NCBI GenBank assembly: GCA_030141605.1
Contig: JAQGDQ010000009.1
Span: 806,001-870,000, forward strand
Reading direction: 5' to 3'
Length of the DNA stretch: 64,000 nucleotides
Source: Tubiluchus corallicola
Lineage: Eukaryota > Animalia > Priapulida
Part shown: in pieces, positions 1 through 12,547 of the stretch
How the letters are laid out: the number at the start of each line of letters is the position of its first letter
Position numbering within the stretch: the stretch's first letter is position 1
Made by a program: the position numbers and the translations under genes
Notes under the pieces: model-generated
Told to the model about the DNA's origin: nothing
The model's input: only the letters and a program-made list of their open reading frames with translations
The model's database searches: none

Positions 1-109
1 ATACGGTATGGTAACAAATAATATGGAAAGAAAGTTTTGTTTACTTTATAGCAACATCATAATCAAACATGCAAACATGCTGAGAGAAAATGTGAAAGAG
101 CTGTATCGC

Positions 110-300
110 AGTTTAAGTGGCTCTATTACTTTTCTTGATTTTGCAAGTTCATGGCATTTTGGCATTTGGTTTACACAACCAACCCCACGAAAAAGTTTTA
201 ATATTTCAGAAGTACAAATCAACATTGCCATAGGCTTCATGTGTTGTCATTATGTAGATACATGCACCTACATCTATGATGTCAGCAAACTTGTCTGCAT
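110..300 (+). mobile_element. Highly decayed non-LTR retrotransposon (CR1/Crack-like) ORF2 C-terminal remnant
   Basis: Frame-shifted fragments LYYFS / HGILAFG...KVLIFQK / TYIYDVSKLV resemble the 'LYYSL..YGILAWG..IFKLQK..YIYE' tail of LINE RT proteins; followed by a (CAA)n tract. No intact ORF. Confidence 0.3.
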
Positions 301-316
301 GATCATTATGATTAAG

Positions 317-440
317 CAACAACAATTATAAAAGTTAAAAGGACAACACAAATAACAACTATAAGAAAAATAACAACAACAACAGAAACAACAAACAACA
401 ACTACATCATCAACAACAACAACAACAACAACAACAAAAG
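317..440. repeat. Imperfect (CAA)n/(ACA)n microsatellite
   Basis: Runs of caacaacaa; explains the poly-Val ORF 274..501(-). Confidence 0.85.
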
Positions 441-1003
441 ACATAGAGAAACGATAATTGTAAAAATAAAAGTACATAAGGCAATGGTTAACAGACGCCA
501 AAAATAAGAAAGCAAATAGAAAGATAGTTCTAAATGTAAAGCACTGTTCTTTGTTTATTTATTGATTTGTAATTAATTTATTTGTTGAATTTTTGTCATT
601 TATAATAATAATAAATACTGTTTCTATTTATTAAAACAGGCAGACAAATTCTATAATTTACACGGAGATATCTACCAATAGGCAAACTAAACTGTAGCTT
701 GGGAACAAAAATTTGAGGGACCCCAGATTTTTGGGAGCCAGTGTTAGAAAATTCATATCCCCTATTTGATAACACACCACAAACTGTTACAGATAACGCT
801 TTTACATAAAGGCCATACAACAAACAGGTCAATTATTACAGAAAAGTACTACACCTTAAAATCTCTTGTAGCCTCCTTACATATAACAACTAATTCAAAT
901 AAATTAACGTAATTAAAAATAACTCTGTAGGTTCTAATTAATAGCGCTGCTAATACACCACAAGTAATTGTGTATTAAACTTCACATATAAATAACCATA
1001 AAT

Positions 1004-1216
1004 AAAAAGACGACGTTTAAGATGGATTGGGCATATTCTACCTGATGAGGACAAATGTTAACATACTTAGATTTTGCACAGAAAGATCTAAACACTTCAG
1101 CATTAATCCTTAGAAATAAATCCACTTGGGGCATTGCAGCGTGTACGGAGTCCTGGCATAGAGAGGTGAGCAGAATCATGTCCCTGGACGTGTGATTCAA
1201 GAAAGAAGAAGAAGAA
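1004..1216 (+). mobile_element. 5'-truncated RTE-clade LINE 3' end (copy A)
   Basis: Encodes KRRRLRWIGHIL...GQMLTYLDFAQKDL...WGIAA..ESWHREV (RTE 'RRLRWxGHxLR' motif) with an internal deletion, ends in a (GAA)n tail; closely similar to the copy at 46910-47187(-). Confidence 0.75.
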
Positions 1217-1508
1217 CCATAAATCCGTACATGACAAACGGGCTGAACTATCAACCTAGGGCTTCGTAACGTCTAGATGCATTCTTGGTTTTATCACAGC
1301 TCTCCTGATTGACCATTAATTAGCAGTAAATGACTGCAGATGATAGCGTTATCGGACATTCGTGATTCAGCGTAGCAATTTATTATAGAAAATGTTAACC
1401 CAGAGTCAATTAGCCTAAGTATAAATATTAAGCGCTCCATTCTATAGATGAATTCTGTTAGTCCACTGGATGATGTTACAATTATCTACACATAAGACTG
1501 GTGAGGCC

Positions 1509-2782
1509 TTAAAAGTGCAACAGGTTGCATCAATTATTAACACTTCGTGAATCATATCAAACATGAGAGCTTATTTGAGAAAAAAATAAAAACTAAATAC
1601 GTTTTTATTGTCATGGTAAGACAAAAATGACTGCTTATATTTCTTGACTAAACTGCTGAAATATATTTGTAAACCTAATAGGTTTAGACTAGCCTGAATA
1701 AATCCAGATAATAGCCCAGCCATCAGCCATCTACGCTTTCTGAAAAGGAAATGTTTAACCATCACTCTATAATCTGATCAGATATTTAATTATAAAGAGC
1801 TCACACCTTAACCCTGCGCCATCCTGACCACCGTTACAATTAGTACTGACTGCACGGGTAATTTGTACGCATGCGCGCGGCGGTTTGCCAATCTCGGGCT
1901 TCAGCTTAAAGAAATTCTTAATAACGATTATTGCCGATTTGAGGCTACTGTTGAGTAAATAGTGCATTGAGTGTTGTGATGTAAATACGTATTAACAGCA
2001 CTTTTTCAGGTAAGCAGTTATCTGTTCCTATGATTTTTTTCACTTAGTTTTTCATAGATAACGAAATATTTAGAGGACAGTAGCGATTTTTATAGCCATC
2101 ATTTGGTATTATATATATATAAAAAATAAAGAAAATTAGGTAAATATAAAAAATCTTGATTAATAATCCATTTTATAAATGATTAAAAATAAAAAAATTA
2201 AACGCTTTTAAAAATACTAAATTTGTACAGTATTAACAAGAAATGTTGTTTCCCAAGGCGGTTTCTGGTTCGTGCAGTAGGCGTGCCAAGTTCGGACAGC
2301 CTAATGAAGCATTTGTTTTTCAAATTTTATATGTGCATGACTTTGCAACTGGTAGTTCATATTTTTTACTAACAAAACAACACAGTACAGTAAGATTAAA
2401 AACTAGTTTACTGCAAGGAAACGAAAACCCAAAAAGTGATGTTTTAAAAGAAAAGAAGCGGTTGTGAATGTACCAAAACTGTAAGGTCTTGGCCAGGTCT
2501 AAGGACGGTCGGATATTAGAGAGATGCTCGGCTATTTGGCTGGATCTTTCAAGGACATAAATCATTACTTTGTCTCCTCCCGAAAAAGTTGTATCTTTCC
2601 CCTCCAGTACCTGGCAGAAACCAAGGTTAACAATAGAGAATGACAAAAATGCGAACTTAGTAGTTTCCAAAATGAAACCAATCAAAGTTTTTTTATTCAG
2701 TAAGTAACCAGACGTTTCTACTGTAAAAATGACCTATGACCTTCAATTGTAAAAGGCCAAGGTCGCCTGTCAGCACTCTTAA
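1509..2782. mobile_element. Putative non-autonomous Kolobok-like DNA transposon (~1.27 kb)
   Basis: Left end TTAA-AAGTGCAACAGG, right end reverse complement TTAA-GAGTGCTGACAGG; TTAA flanks plus purine-purine termini fit Kolobok. Termini are imperfect. Confidence 0.4.
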
Positions 2783-3528
2783 CTATTCTATACTAACTAA
2801 CAAACTATAAATTCAATAATTTTTAGCGTTCAAATCCTTGCCCCTAAGTGACAAACAAGATATTACAAGCGCAGCAACGACATTGTATCAAAGACCGGCA
2901 TTATTCAAAGGTCAAAGGTCAATGCATAAATGTACACGCTAATGCTTTTAGTGTCCTTCACTTGTAAATGCAGGATGCCACCATTGTGGGTTCACTGTTG
3001 CAGGCCAGTGCTTAGCAGTCAGGATTTGTGTTGGAACGAATGTGTTGATCAACAAGCAGTGAATTTCTGTATCTCGTGAAGTGAGACACTATTTTGGATG
3101 TTTTGTGGGGAGGAAAGCAAAGTTGACGAAAACGCGAAAAATTCCAACCGATCCACAATTGGTAATTAATAAGAGGCTCTAAAATGTCAACAATTTATTC
3201 ATTTTCACTTGTGAGTCATTTTCCAAATAAACTTTTCTAGCCGCACACCCAGAACATTTAAAAGTGTCACAAATTTTTGTATATTTATTGCACAATTAAA
3301 TGTTTTTTTACTTTTTTTATTTTTATTTATTGAACTATTGAGTAAAACAAATTACAAGAGACAAAGAAAAACTAGACTTAAAAACATTGTACCTTTATTT
3401 CTACTTTCAATGGCATTATCAACGTTCTTGTTGTCAGTTGTAAGTCTCGTCATCCCTGAGCTTTATTAATCCTTTTATCTTGAATTAAAATAATAATAAA
3501 AGCCAGGCAAGCAGTAAAGGGAATAATT

Positions 3529-4028
3529 ATAAGGGAACATTTCGAACATATTGTTTTTTTAAATGGCCTTAGTCGAAGAATTATTGTCACTAAGGTCTAA
3601 TGTCGGCTTCGCGTGACTAGTTCTTCGTTGCTACATGCATTTCGCCTTTTGCTAGTTAGATAGACACCAGCGAATGCATTTTACAAACTCGTATATATAT
3701 ATTTCGTAAGCTCATGCGTTTGAGTAGCAGTAAACTTGAAATTTAAATTTTTAAACTTACAATTTGCCGATTTTTTGTTGAATGTTGTACAGTAGCGCTG
3801 TATTTCAATTTCCGTTTCGCAAAACAGTGACCGTTTCGCAAAATTTACCCTGTTGAAAATTATGTTCACTTGGGGTGTTGTCACTAGTTCGGCTTGCCAG
3901 CAGTTAATCAAGTTCTTAATTTGTTACATCAGAAACACTTTGGCATTATTATAGGTGCAAAAATATATACTAGTGTCTATGCTTCAAAATGGGGTAGGAT
4001 ATGAAAAATCATCCTGTTTTCCTTTCAA
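3529..4028 (-). mobile_element. Non-autonomous Kolobok-like element, ~550-bp family (copy 1)
   Basis: Reverse-complement similarity to 9283-9830 and direct similarity to 31028-31578 (e.g. ttggcattatt...ggggtaggatatgaaaaatcatcctg.tttcctt); termini resemble TTAAAGG...CCTTTAA. Confidence 0.7.
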
Positions 4029-4252
4029 TTTTTCGTTACTCTTTTTATAGTTTTATACATTTCGCACGGATTTTGGGTACTTGCTAAAACGCCACAAACT
4101 TTTTACTGTAAGGAAATACGTTGTTACAAAAATAGCAAATTACTTTTCGTCTGCTTTGACTTTGAAAGGACTTTAAATTCATACAGTTCAAATTTACTAC
4201 CTCAGACTGCTCCTCTAAAACCCATTATGGAACAATAGGGGTAAGAATGATG

Positions 4253-4489
4253 TTAAAGAAAAACAGGACAATTTTTAACACCCTATCCCACTTTGATGTC
4301 CGCTAAAAGGTCTACATTTTAACACTTATAATAATGCCAATGCATTTCTGATAATTAATTAATGGGTTGAAGACTTAGTTAAGGCCGGGCGAGCTCAATT
4401 AGTGATGACTTCACAACCGAACATAATTTTCCACTGAACAATTCCGTGAGCATGATGCAGGTGTTAAGATGGGGTAAGGTTTTCCTTTA
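4253..4489 (+). mobile_element. Internally deleted copy of the same Kolobok-like family (copy 2)
   Basis: Starts ttaaagaaaaacaggacaattttt, matches 9283-9490 (ataatgccaatgcatttctgataattaa), ends ttcctttaa; inverted relative to copy 1. Confidence 0.6.
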
Positions 4490-4553
4490 AACGAATCATT
4501 GCTTCAACGTACGCCTCGTATCAGCCTCAGAGCTCCAAGTAAATCACCCATAA

Positions 4554-5067
4554 AGACCATACATAACAATTATTAATCATTCATTTAAATCGGAAAATTA
4601 TTATCAAGAAGAATATGTGACTAGGTTCGCATACAAATACGAACAAATAAATTATACCCGTTATCTCACTGCACGTTCTCTCTCTGTCAGCAAACACGTA
4701 ACTGCGAGTCGCAAGTGTGAACAGTTTTGCGAGTTACTGTCGGCAAGTTATTGAAAACTCTCTGACAGTTGCTAAGAGTCGATTTACTGTCTAGTGTGAA
4801 CGCCTCGACGAGACCATACATAACAATTATTAATCATTCATTTAAATCGGAAAATTATTATCAAGAAGAATATGTGACTAGGTTCGCATACAAATACGAA
4901 CAAATAAATTATACCCGTTATCTCACTGCACGTTCTCTCTCTGTCAGCAAACACGTAACTGCGAGTCGCAAGTGTGAACAGTTTTGCGAGTTACTGTCGG
5001 CAAGTTATTGAAAACTCTCTGACAGTTGCTAAGAGTCGATTTACTGTCTAGTGTGAACGCCTCGACG
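4554..5067. repeat. Perfect 257-bp tandem duplication (4554-4810 / 4811-5067)
   Basis: Both units run agaccatacataacaatt...gtgtgaacgcctcgacg with no differences found by eye; the unit includes part of a MITE. Confidence 0.95.
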
Positions 5068-5215
5068 AGTCACTCTCGACACTTCTTGCAGACATTAGAG
5101 AAAGGACTGTTAGCTCGTGCTTACTGTCGGATAGTAACTCGCAGCAAGTTTTGCTATCTAGTCTGAACACGCTTACAAATTACTTGGCGTGCTAACTTGG
5201 CGAGACTGAATTCGC
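4680..5215. mobile_element. MITE remnant with CTAGT(G/C)TGAAC(A/G)CGC repeats (PIF/Harbinger-like family)
   Basis: Reverse-complement similarity to 12248-12547 and 26633-26805 (actcgcaagtgtgaac, gagttactgtc, ctagtctgaacacgc). Confidence 0.55.
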
Positions 5216-5600
5216 CTTTACGCAGTGATAGACCCTGCTCTAATCAAGACAGTGAGTCAGAAACAAACCGGTTACGCACATCCAACAGGTATGTTTATTG
5301 CTTATTGTTGGATCCCGTATTTTTTGTTTCTGTCGAACTTAAAATTTTTTGTAAATGTAGCTACTGTTTTCAGAAAATACAACAGTAATATTGGGTCTGC
5401 CCTTTGTCTACAATAGACGGTCTTTGGATGGGTTTTTTTGTACACCAAACTTGCTCAGTGAACAACGCTGTACCATACTGTGATATATTTACTAATATAA
5501 ACTTAATGTCGAGATTATTATAATATTATTAACTATGGTAAAAGCGCACGACAAATTAAATTCTGATGCCAAATCTGGAAGTCGGGAAATGTGAAAAAGT

Positions 5601-5682
5601 TGGAATACATCCTGGATTTGATCCGGGGACTTTCTGGTTAGCAGGTGGATGCGTTAGACAACTACGTCACTTTATTCCCCAG
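5601..5682 (-). mobile_element. tRNA-derived SINE head (Pol III A/B boxes)
   Basis: Minus strand: GTGACGTAGTTGTCTAA (A-box-like) ... GGATCAAATCC (B-box-like) at tRNA spacing; does not form a full cloverleaf. Confidence 0.5.
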
Positions 5683-6130
5683 TTATCGAATCACTCCGAG
5701 TGTATCCCTAAAGACTGGTCAACCGAATTCCTGTAATTAATATTACAAGCTTTGTCTTTACATATATGATCAGTGATCTACACAGAAATCTACAAAAACA
5801 ATATTTCGCCAGGCGCCAGACGGGATAATTCATTGGCGGAAATCAGGAAAAGCAATTGAACAAATTAAAAGAACGATCATTGCAAAAGACAAATGCAGCA
5901 AATCATGTTTTCAAATAAGAATGGCAAGAGCTCGTCTTTAAGTTAACTACTCCCCATTATTGACTTTAACGTGTGAACTATTAACCGGAAATAGTCGCGC
6001 TTAATCCGGGATAATGGCACACGTTCTAAAGGTAAAGTATTAAATATTTCCTGTTTACACTGTGGCTTCTGTGCCAAATTTCAGTTTATTTCTCTATTAG
6101 CAGGTTTCTAAAATAAAGGTTTCGCTGTTT

Positions 6131-6860
6131 AAAAAAGGTGACGTAAATGATGCCGGGAATTATTGCGGAATTTCATTAATGAGACTTTTGTCTAATTTGT
6201 ATGATATTATACTTTGTGAAATATATACATTGTGGTCTAAGCCGTGTTATGAACAATCTGACTTTCAACCCGACTGCAGATGTGATGAACATGTATTAAC
6301 CTTAAGAATCTTAATTACACTGGATAGGCGAGCTAAAATTTCTTTACTTGTTGCGTTCCTTGATTTTAGCTCGGCAATTGATCGAGTTGTAAGGCGGATT
6401 ACGTTTATGAAAGCTCCTATCTTGATGCAACGTTCTTAAGCGCATTAATTCATATAATTGCTATGTAAGCTATACGGAAAATATTGTCTTTTTGGCAATA
6501 TAGCATCAGAACATCCCAGAACAACTGTAATCTATTGTAAATCTCTTGTCGATAAGTGCGGAACTGCAGCTTACACAAGGCGAATGAGAAAAGGAGATTT
6601 AAAGAATTATGTACGTTTTCGGGCTTCTCAAAAAAGTTAAAATACTATATAATATTAATCCAGGTTTATTGCCAGGGCTTTACGATGAGAGAAAATTGTT
6701 TACTGATGCTTACAAAAATTATTGAACGTTTGCGATTAATCTCTCACGATTTAAAAAAAGGTTGTTGGCATCACAAACCTAAGGAAGATAGATTATGTGA
6801 GTTTTGTAAACCTCTGCTACTAATTGAGGATGAAGAACATTTCATTTTGAATTGTAAAGG
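6131..6860 (+). mobile_element. Decayed non-LTR retrotransposon ORF2 (RT plus C-terminal CCHC)
   Basis: KKGDVNDAGNYCGISL, EQSDFQP..CDEHVLTLRILI, VAFLDFSSAIDRV (RT motifs) and KPKEDRLCEFCK..IEDEEHFILNC (LINE C-terminal zinc motif), broken by stops and deletions. Confidence 0.8.
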
Positions 6861-7206
6861 GAACAGAACTGGTACGTAAATTATGTAATCTTGAGAACTG
6901 TAACTTTCGAGATTTTATCGAAAATTTCGACGATATATACAAATTCATGGAATGTTTGCTTTGCACTCGGGTGAATTTTAAACCTAAACAAGCAGTGCGA
7001 TTTACATGGGTAAATAGAAAACATTTCATTAGGTGCCTGTAATTACGTTTATAATTTGTAAATAAAAGAACTACTCGGGTATAGTATATAGACTTCGCGC
7101 GGTATACGTCACGACATGGTAAAAGTGCTTCAAAGGTATTTCTGAAAATGTAAAAATTGTTGTGTGACACTTAAACTGGTTGTTATGCGTAAATTTGGAG
7201 AATAAA

Positions 7207-7376
7207 CTACTACTGCTACTGCTGCTGCTACTACTACTACTACTACAACGACAACAACAACAACAACTACTACTACTACTACTACTACTACAACTACTAC
7301 TAGTACTACTACTACTACCACCACCACCACCACCACCACCACCACCACCACCACTACTACTACTACTACGACTACG

Positions 7377-7414
<38 letters not shown>
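7207..7414. repeat. Compound trinucleotide microsatellite (CTA)n/(CAA)n/(CCA)n
   Basis: Seen directly; generates the homopolymer ORFs at 7071-7508. Confidence 0.95.
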
Positions 7415-8589
7415 GATATGGAATACATACTTCAGGGGTGGGACAGAAAACACGTTCCTCAGACCGTAACCCTTCAACCTGGTAAAGACCTTTATAAAGG
7501 AAACCCATAAAATCCTATATCCTGGCTTCTACTCTTTCCAAAAAGCTTTCCGGCAACACGAAGTTCCGGCAATGAGCAAAGAACCGCCATTTTGGAGGCT
7601 TTTCAAACGCAGTTCCTACAGGAACGCCGTGTAGAAAAATTGCCCTGGCAACTGCCACGAATGACCTTTGAAGGCTGCGTTCATCTGACATGCAAGATCA
7701 TATTGATTACTGAGACAATATTCACATAGTCTCTCAGTGAAACACTTAGCGATTTCCTTGTCAAAATGTAACAACCAGTCTCAGTAAAAAAACAACAACA
7801 CAAATTAAGCCTACACATGTGGTAGATGAGCAGAATAATCACAGTAATTTATCAAACCTGGGCCACAAAAATATACAGCAAAGCTTTGAAGAAAAAGCAG
7901 AAAATTTTGAAAGACGACACAATTAAATCTGTCGTTAGTCTTTGGCAGATTTATAAACAGTCGTATGGCCAAAGGATTATTAGAGATGGCTTCATGGCAG
8001 ATCAAGCACACGTGTCAAATTCGTAATTCCATTTTCTTAAGTATTCTGTTCCATCACACCAAGCAGAACTTCACCTTTCGACAGGTAGTAACTGTCTGGT
8101 TATAATTCTCAAGCAAAAAAGAGGCGTTAAGCTGCCTTTCCATTTGATCCAATCAGTTCTGTAGTCCTTTGAGAGTCCCCTAAACAAGCTAAAGGTCTTT
8201 ACCTGCTTCTTGTGTGTTTGTTTTGTGCGCGTGTGCATGTGCATGTGTGAGTGTCTCCGTCTTAGAGCTAATTAGATCCACTTTTCCAAAAAAATAAACA
8301 GTCTTTATTTAATAAACATTTTTATAAAGCAGGAATTGACGTTCTGTAGAGAAGACCTAGGCTTCCTTAATACCATTCACCCGATTCACCTTCTCACCTG
8401 TCAGCCTTAGTACTTGTTTAATTAATGACGGACTTCGTGGAGATCTTGCTTTTATATGAAAAACCCGCTTCAGCTTAATTTTAAGAGTCACCAAAGTTGA
8501 GGGGAGCATTGTACGCCATGTTACACGTGCAAGTAAAACTGGCTCATAAACTTGTATAAATTGTTTTAACATCAAAAATTAAAATTTTT

Positions 8590-9125
8590 TGTATTTTGTG
8601 ATTGCTTAGGCACTTTGCTTAGCATTTTTATGCATATCTCCCACTGGTTTCATTTGTGCTATAGGAGATGTTAATGTTCCACCCGGTAGTCAACTTGGTA
8701 ATAAACAGTGTTTTTGAGACAGGCAAAATTATAATGCTGCCAGCTTCTACGTTTGTATATCTTACACCTGCTCACAATACGACTTCCTGGTTGAATCACT
8801 GTTCAGCGACAAAGTCTGTGTTTCATAATTTATCTAAATTGATGTATTGTATGAATGCAATAACTATGGTCATTTTCTCTTAGCCTTCACTTTAAACGTA
8901 AATAACCTATTTGACGATGTATCTTCACTCCTTCAGTCAATCATTATACTGATAATGATTTATAGATGCAAGAGCCTTGCTGTGGTTGGTCTAGGGCCGC
9001 GCTTGTTCAGTTAAATGACTATAAGCAATTGGGAATTTGCTAATACCGTGCCCTTATCAGAGTCCATTGCACTGAGTATTCGTGTGACATGACTGCTCCA
9101 ATATTCAATTCATGACTGCTGTAGC
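8590..9125 (-). mobile_element. Possible very old Ty3/Gypsy RNase H remnant
   Basis: Minus-strand fragments NIGAVMSH ... PIAYSHLTEQ ... ALASINHYQY echo Gypsy RNase H 'GIGAVLSH..PIAYASR.L..EALA....HQY'; many stops. Confidence 0.3.
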
Positions 9126-9282
9126 AGGCTAATTTCAGTTTTTAAATACACTGCCAGTATTTGTATCCCGTATAAAATTCCTGCCCTTAAGAATACCATA
9201 TAATCCCAATGGATGATCATGTGCAGGAAAATTATAACCTATCGAGGCAGGTTTTCCTTTGGAAAGAACAACACTGTCTTAG

Positions 9283-9830
9283 TTAAAGGAAGACAGGATG
9301 ATTTTTCATATATTACCCCATTTTCAAGTCCGATAAAAAGTATACATTTTCACACCAATAATACTGCAAAAGCGTTTCTGATAATTAAATAATAGATTAA
9401 AAACTTAATTAACTGCGGGCGAGTCCAACTATTGATGGACTTCACAAACTAACATAATTTTCAAAGCAAAAATATTCCACGAGCGTGTTGCGCGTGTTTG
9501 CGAAAGCGAAAATTGAAGTACAGTGCTACAGTAACAGATTGAGTGTGTTGTACCAAAACAAAGCAAGTTTTAAGATAAAAATTCAAATTTACCGCTGTGC
9601 CACGTATGAGCTGTCGAACGTACGTAGTTCGCCACAAACTAATACATCTGAACTGAGAGGTACTGCACCTGTTTTGTGCAACGTTTTCCGAAATGCAGGC
9701 GCTAGTCAAACTAGAGAATGGCGAAATGCATGTAACGGCGAAGAACTAATGACGTGAAGGCGAAATTGTGTTTGTGTGGTGATAATTCTTTCACGTAAGT
9801 CATTCTTTAAAAATAGTATGTCTCCTTTCA
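9283..9830 (+). mobile_element. Non-autonomous Kolobok-like element (copy 3)
   Basis: Begins TTAA-AGGAAGACAGGATGATTTTTCATAT, ends ATGTCTCCTTT; collinear (reverse complement) with 3529-4028 and 31028-31578. Confidence 0.75.
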
Positions 9831-10150
9831 ATATTTTAAAGAGTAGATTGTTTTGACCTACAGTTTAAGGACCGGTTTTGCTTTAAGGATTTTTTAAGAG
9901 AAGAAGAGAACTAGAGTCCGTTTTAAATAAGCGCTACGTCATTCGCTGATCGTGCAGACAAACTTGCTGCAAGTGTAGCATCCTCGGCTACTCAACAAGT
10001 TCTAATTTAAATTGTGGAAAAAATAAAACAAATAATTCTAAAGTTCTTTTATCTAAATAAAGTAGAAGGCATTGAAGGAATTGAGTAGAATATATGTGAA
10101 GTTTAGAAAGATATGTTTAGTAAATTGTTAATGATAATTATTGTACCGGG

Positions 10151-10227
10151 CGCATCCCCCGGGTGGCGGATGGGGGACCCCTGGCTCACGAGCCAGGGTG
10201 CTCCGAATATTCAAATAAGGAGCTGTG
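10151..10227 (+). ncRNA. Candidate structured RNA (four-way junction), probably an RTE retrotransposon 5' leader
   Basis: Closing stem CGCA/TGTG encloses three hairpins: TCCCCC/GGGGGA (10155-10177), CCCTGGCT/AGCCAGGG (10179-10198), GCTCC/GGAGC (10200-10223). GC-rich island in AT-rich DNA. Confidence 0.45.
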
Positions 10228-10664
10228 GATCAAATCCTTCAGGATAGACTTAGCAAGTCACTGAAGTATTTTTTGCTCAAGTAACTCATGGCGAACACAA
10301 CTGAAACAAATGTGGAGGAGGAGAAGACGTATGAAGACAGAGACACCTGGAGAGACGTTATCAAGTGTTCGCCGGCTGACAGATGAAAATCTACCAGGAG
10401 GATGGTGAGAAAGAAAGAAAGAATTATTGTTCATCGTATGATTTTCATCAGTGGCCTTCATGTGTGAGTTTCACTGTTAGTGTACATGACCCTATCTTGG
10501 CATTAAGCTAATTGAAGAGTGGTAAGGCTGTTGGATAGGTTCGTTTAAATGCAGAACACATTATTTGTACTGGGTGGGCATCGTGCGTCTGTACTTACTG
10601 CTTTGTTTAATTGTACGATACGTCACCTGTATCTACCTGTATTAGTTTCAAACTGAGTGCTTGT

Positions 10665-11210
10665 GCCCTGATGATATCCCGTCGTTTCATAATTATAAGC
10701 CTATTGCTATTGCAAGCATTATTAGCAAACTGTTGAAAAAAGTCATTGTAACCGAATGTTTTTCACTACAAACTTTCAATTTGTCTTAAAACGGGCACAT
10801 GGAACTGAGGTGGCTATTTATTTGAAAGCACTTGTTCAAAGTTATACAGAAGCTAGTGCGCCAGGTTTTGTTGTTTGTTGGATGCAACCAAAATCTTTGA
10901 TCGTGTAGATAATCAATTACTATTTGAAAAAAACGGAGAAGCGTGATTTTCATGTCACCTTGATATCATTTTTAGCGTTTTGGTACGGAAATCAGTATGT
11001 AAAATGGGAACACACTGTTTGGGATGTCTTTACAAGTCAGTAATGGTATTAGACAGGGTAGTGTACTGTCTCCGCTTTTGTTTAACTTATGTGTTAAACT
11101 GTTTTCCTCAAAAGGCCATCGTTTATCTGGGGTGCTTACAAATCACGTTATATATGTTGACGATATAACACTCATTGTCCCAGCTGTGCTGTGCTGTTAC
11201 GGTGTTGTGC
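10665..11210 (+). mobile_element. Decayed non-LTR retrotransposon reverse transcriptase
   Basis: NYKPIAIASIISKLL, LDATKIFDRV, VSNGIRQGSVLSPLLFN, NHVIYVDDITL (YADD-equivalent) in the correct order, with frameshifts. Confidence 0.85.
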
Positions 11211-12247
11211 CAACTTTGCTGCTGATTATAACATTATGTTGAATTCATCTAAAAGCAAATGCATGTTATTTTCTGCCACGTTCGTTTAAGGATGTTGTAC
11301 CTGGTAAGGCGCTTTTAAATGGTCGCATGCTTCCTAAGAATCAAGAATAAAAATATATAATTTACTCGAATTGATCTGACAATGCTGATATAAAAAATCA
11401 AACAAGCTTGTTTTACGTGAAAGTAAATTCATTAATTACGAAATTCGGCTCATGTTCAATTGAAGTAATAATTTTACTTTTTAAGAGTTATTGTACTTAT
11501 GTGTATTGCAACTTTTGCAAGGCGTTACAGTATCGGTGTACTCAAAGAATAGCAGCATTTAGGCTAATAACCGCCACCGATTGAAAAAGAATGATTTGTA
11601 ACGTTAAAAATAAGTGACAGGTGTCATATTAATCATATTTTTTAAAGTGGCATAATTTACTAAGTAAATGTCGTTGCAATGCGTTTTTAGTTTAGCCATT
11701 ATTTTAGTGGTTTTTTGGTGATTGTCTTTTGAATATAATTGTTATAGTTGTAGTTATAGTTGAATGCTCTGTTTTGTTGTAATTTCAATAATTTTAGTTT
11801 TAGGTTCTTTATGTGTAGTCTTAATGTCTTACATATATTTTATTTAGTTTATGTGTGTGCCTTGATACGAACTTTGAGGCTGAAATAAATGTGAATTGAA
11901 TTGAATTGCTACAGTCTTGATGTAACTTTAAGATGAAAAGCAAGCACGTGAACAGCGTTAAATTTGTTTTTAGCACTTAACAAATTACTCTTAATTTCCT
12001 ATGCTTGACGTGTGAAATTCACCCTCACTTTGTTCAAATCAAATTATAGTGTCTAAGGAGAGTGAACAAATTCAAATCACGGGGGTAGCTGAAAATAGTG
12101 CTTACAGCAAGTTAACTCTAGTTTGCAATCAAAAGGTTATATTACGGTCTTTTTTAGCAGTATACCGCATCTTTGTATCAGCAATTTTACTTTACCACAC
12201 CGAGTCACGTATGTCACCAAAAGCAAAATTATTTCTAAAATATAATG

Positions 12248-12547
12248 CCATGTTCAGACTCGCGAGCTTTTTTTGCCGAAATTAACTCCTGAAATAACTC
12301 ACCAAGTATCCGCATCCGTGTTCAGACTACAAAGGGAAACTTGCTACGAGTTACTCACCAACAGATGACAGTGCCTTCTCTATTCGCTGCAAGAAGTGTC
12401 AAGAGTAACTCGCCGAGGCGTTCACACTAGATAATAACTCGCACCAACTGTCTGATAGTTTGCAGTAACTTCATGACAGTAACTCGCAAAGCAGTTCACA
12501 CTTGCGAGTTTGCTGTCAGAGAAAAAACTCGCTAGTCTGAACACGCA
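12248..12547. mobile_element. MITE with TGTTCAGACT(A/C)GC...GCTAGTCTGAACA terminal inverted repeats (PIF/Harbinger-like)
   Basis: Left catgttcagactcgcgag, right ctcgctagtctgaacacg; related copies at 4680-5215 and 26633-26805. Confidence 0.6.

Noticed and set aside
2908-2920. Nuclear-receptor DR1 AGGTCAAAGGTCA
   Set aside because: This motif is a common component of invertebrate interspersed repeats and no nearby gene start is visible.
7071-7508. Poly-Ser/Gly, poly-Val and poly-Leu/Pro ORFs
   Set aside because: Stop-free frames of a trinucleotide microsatellite; no splice or homology support.
10146-10232. HDV-like ribozyme assignment based on CGAAU
   Set aside because: No P1/P2 nested pseudoknot can be built; kept only as an unclassified four-way junction.
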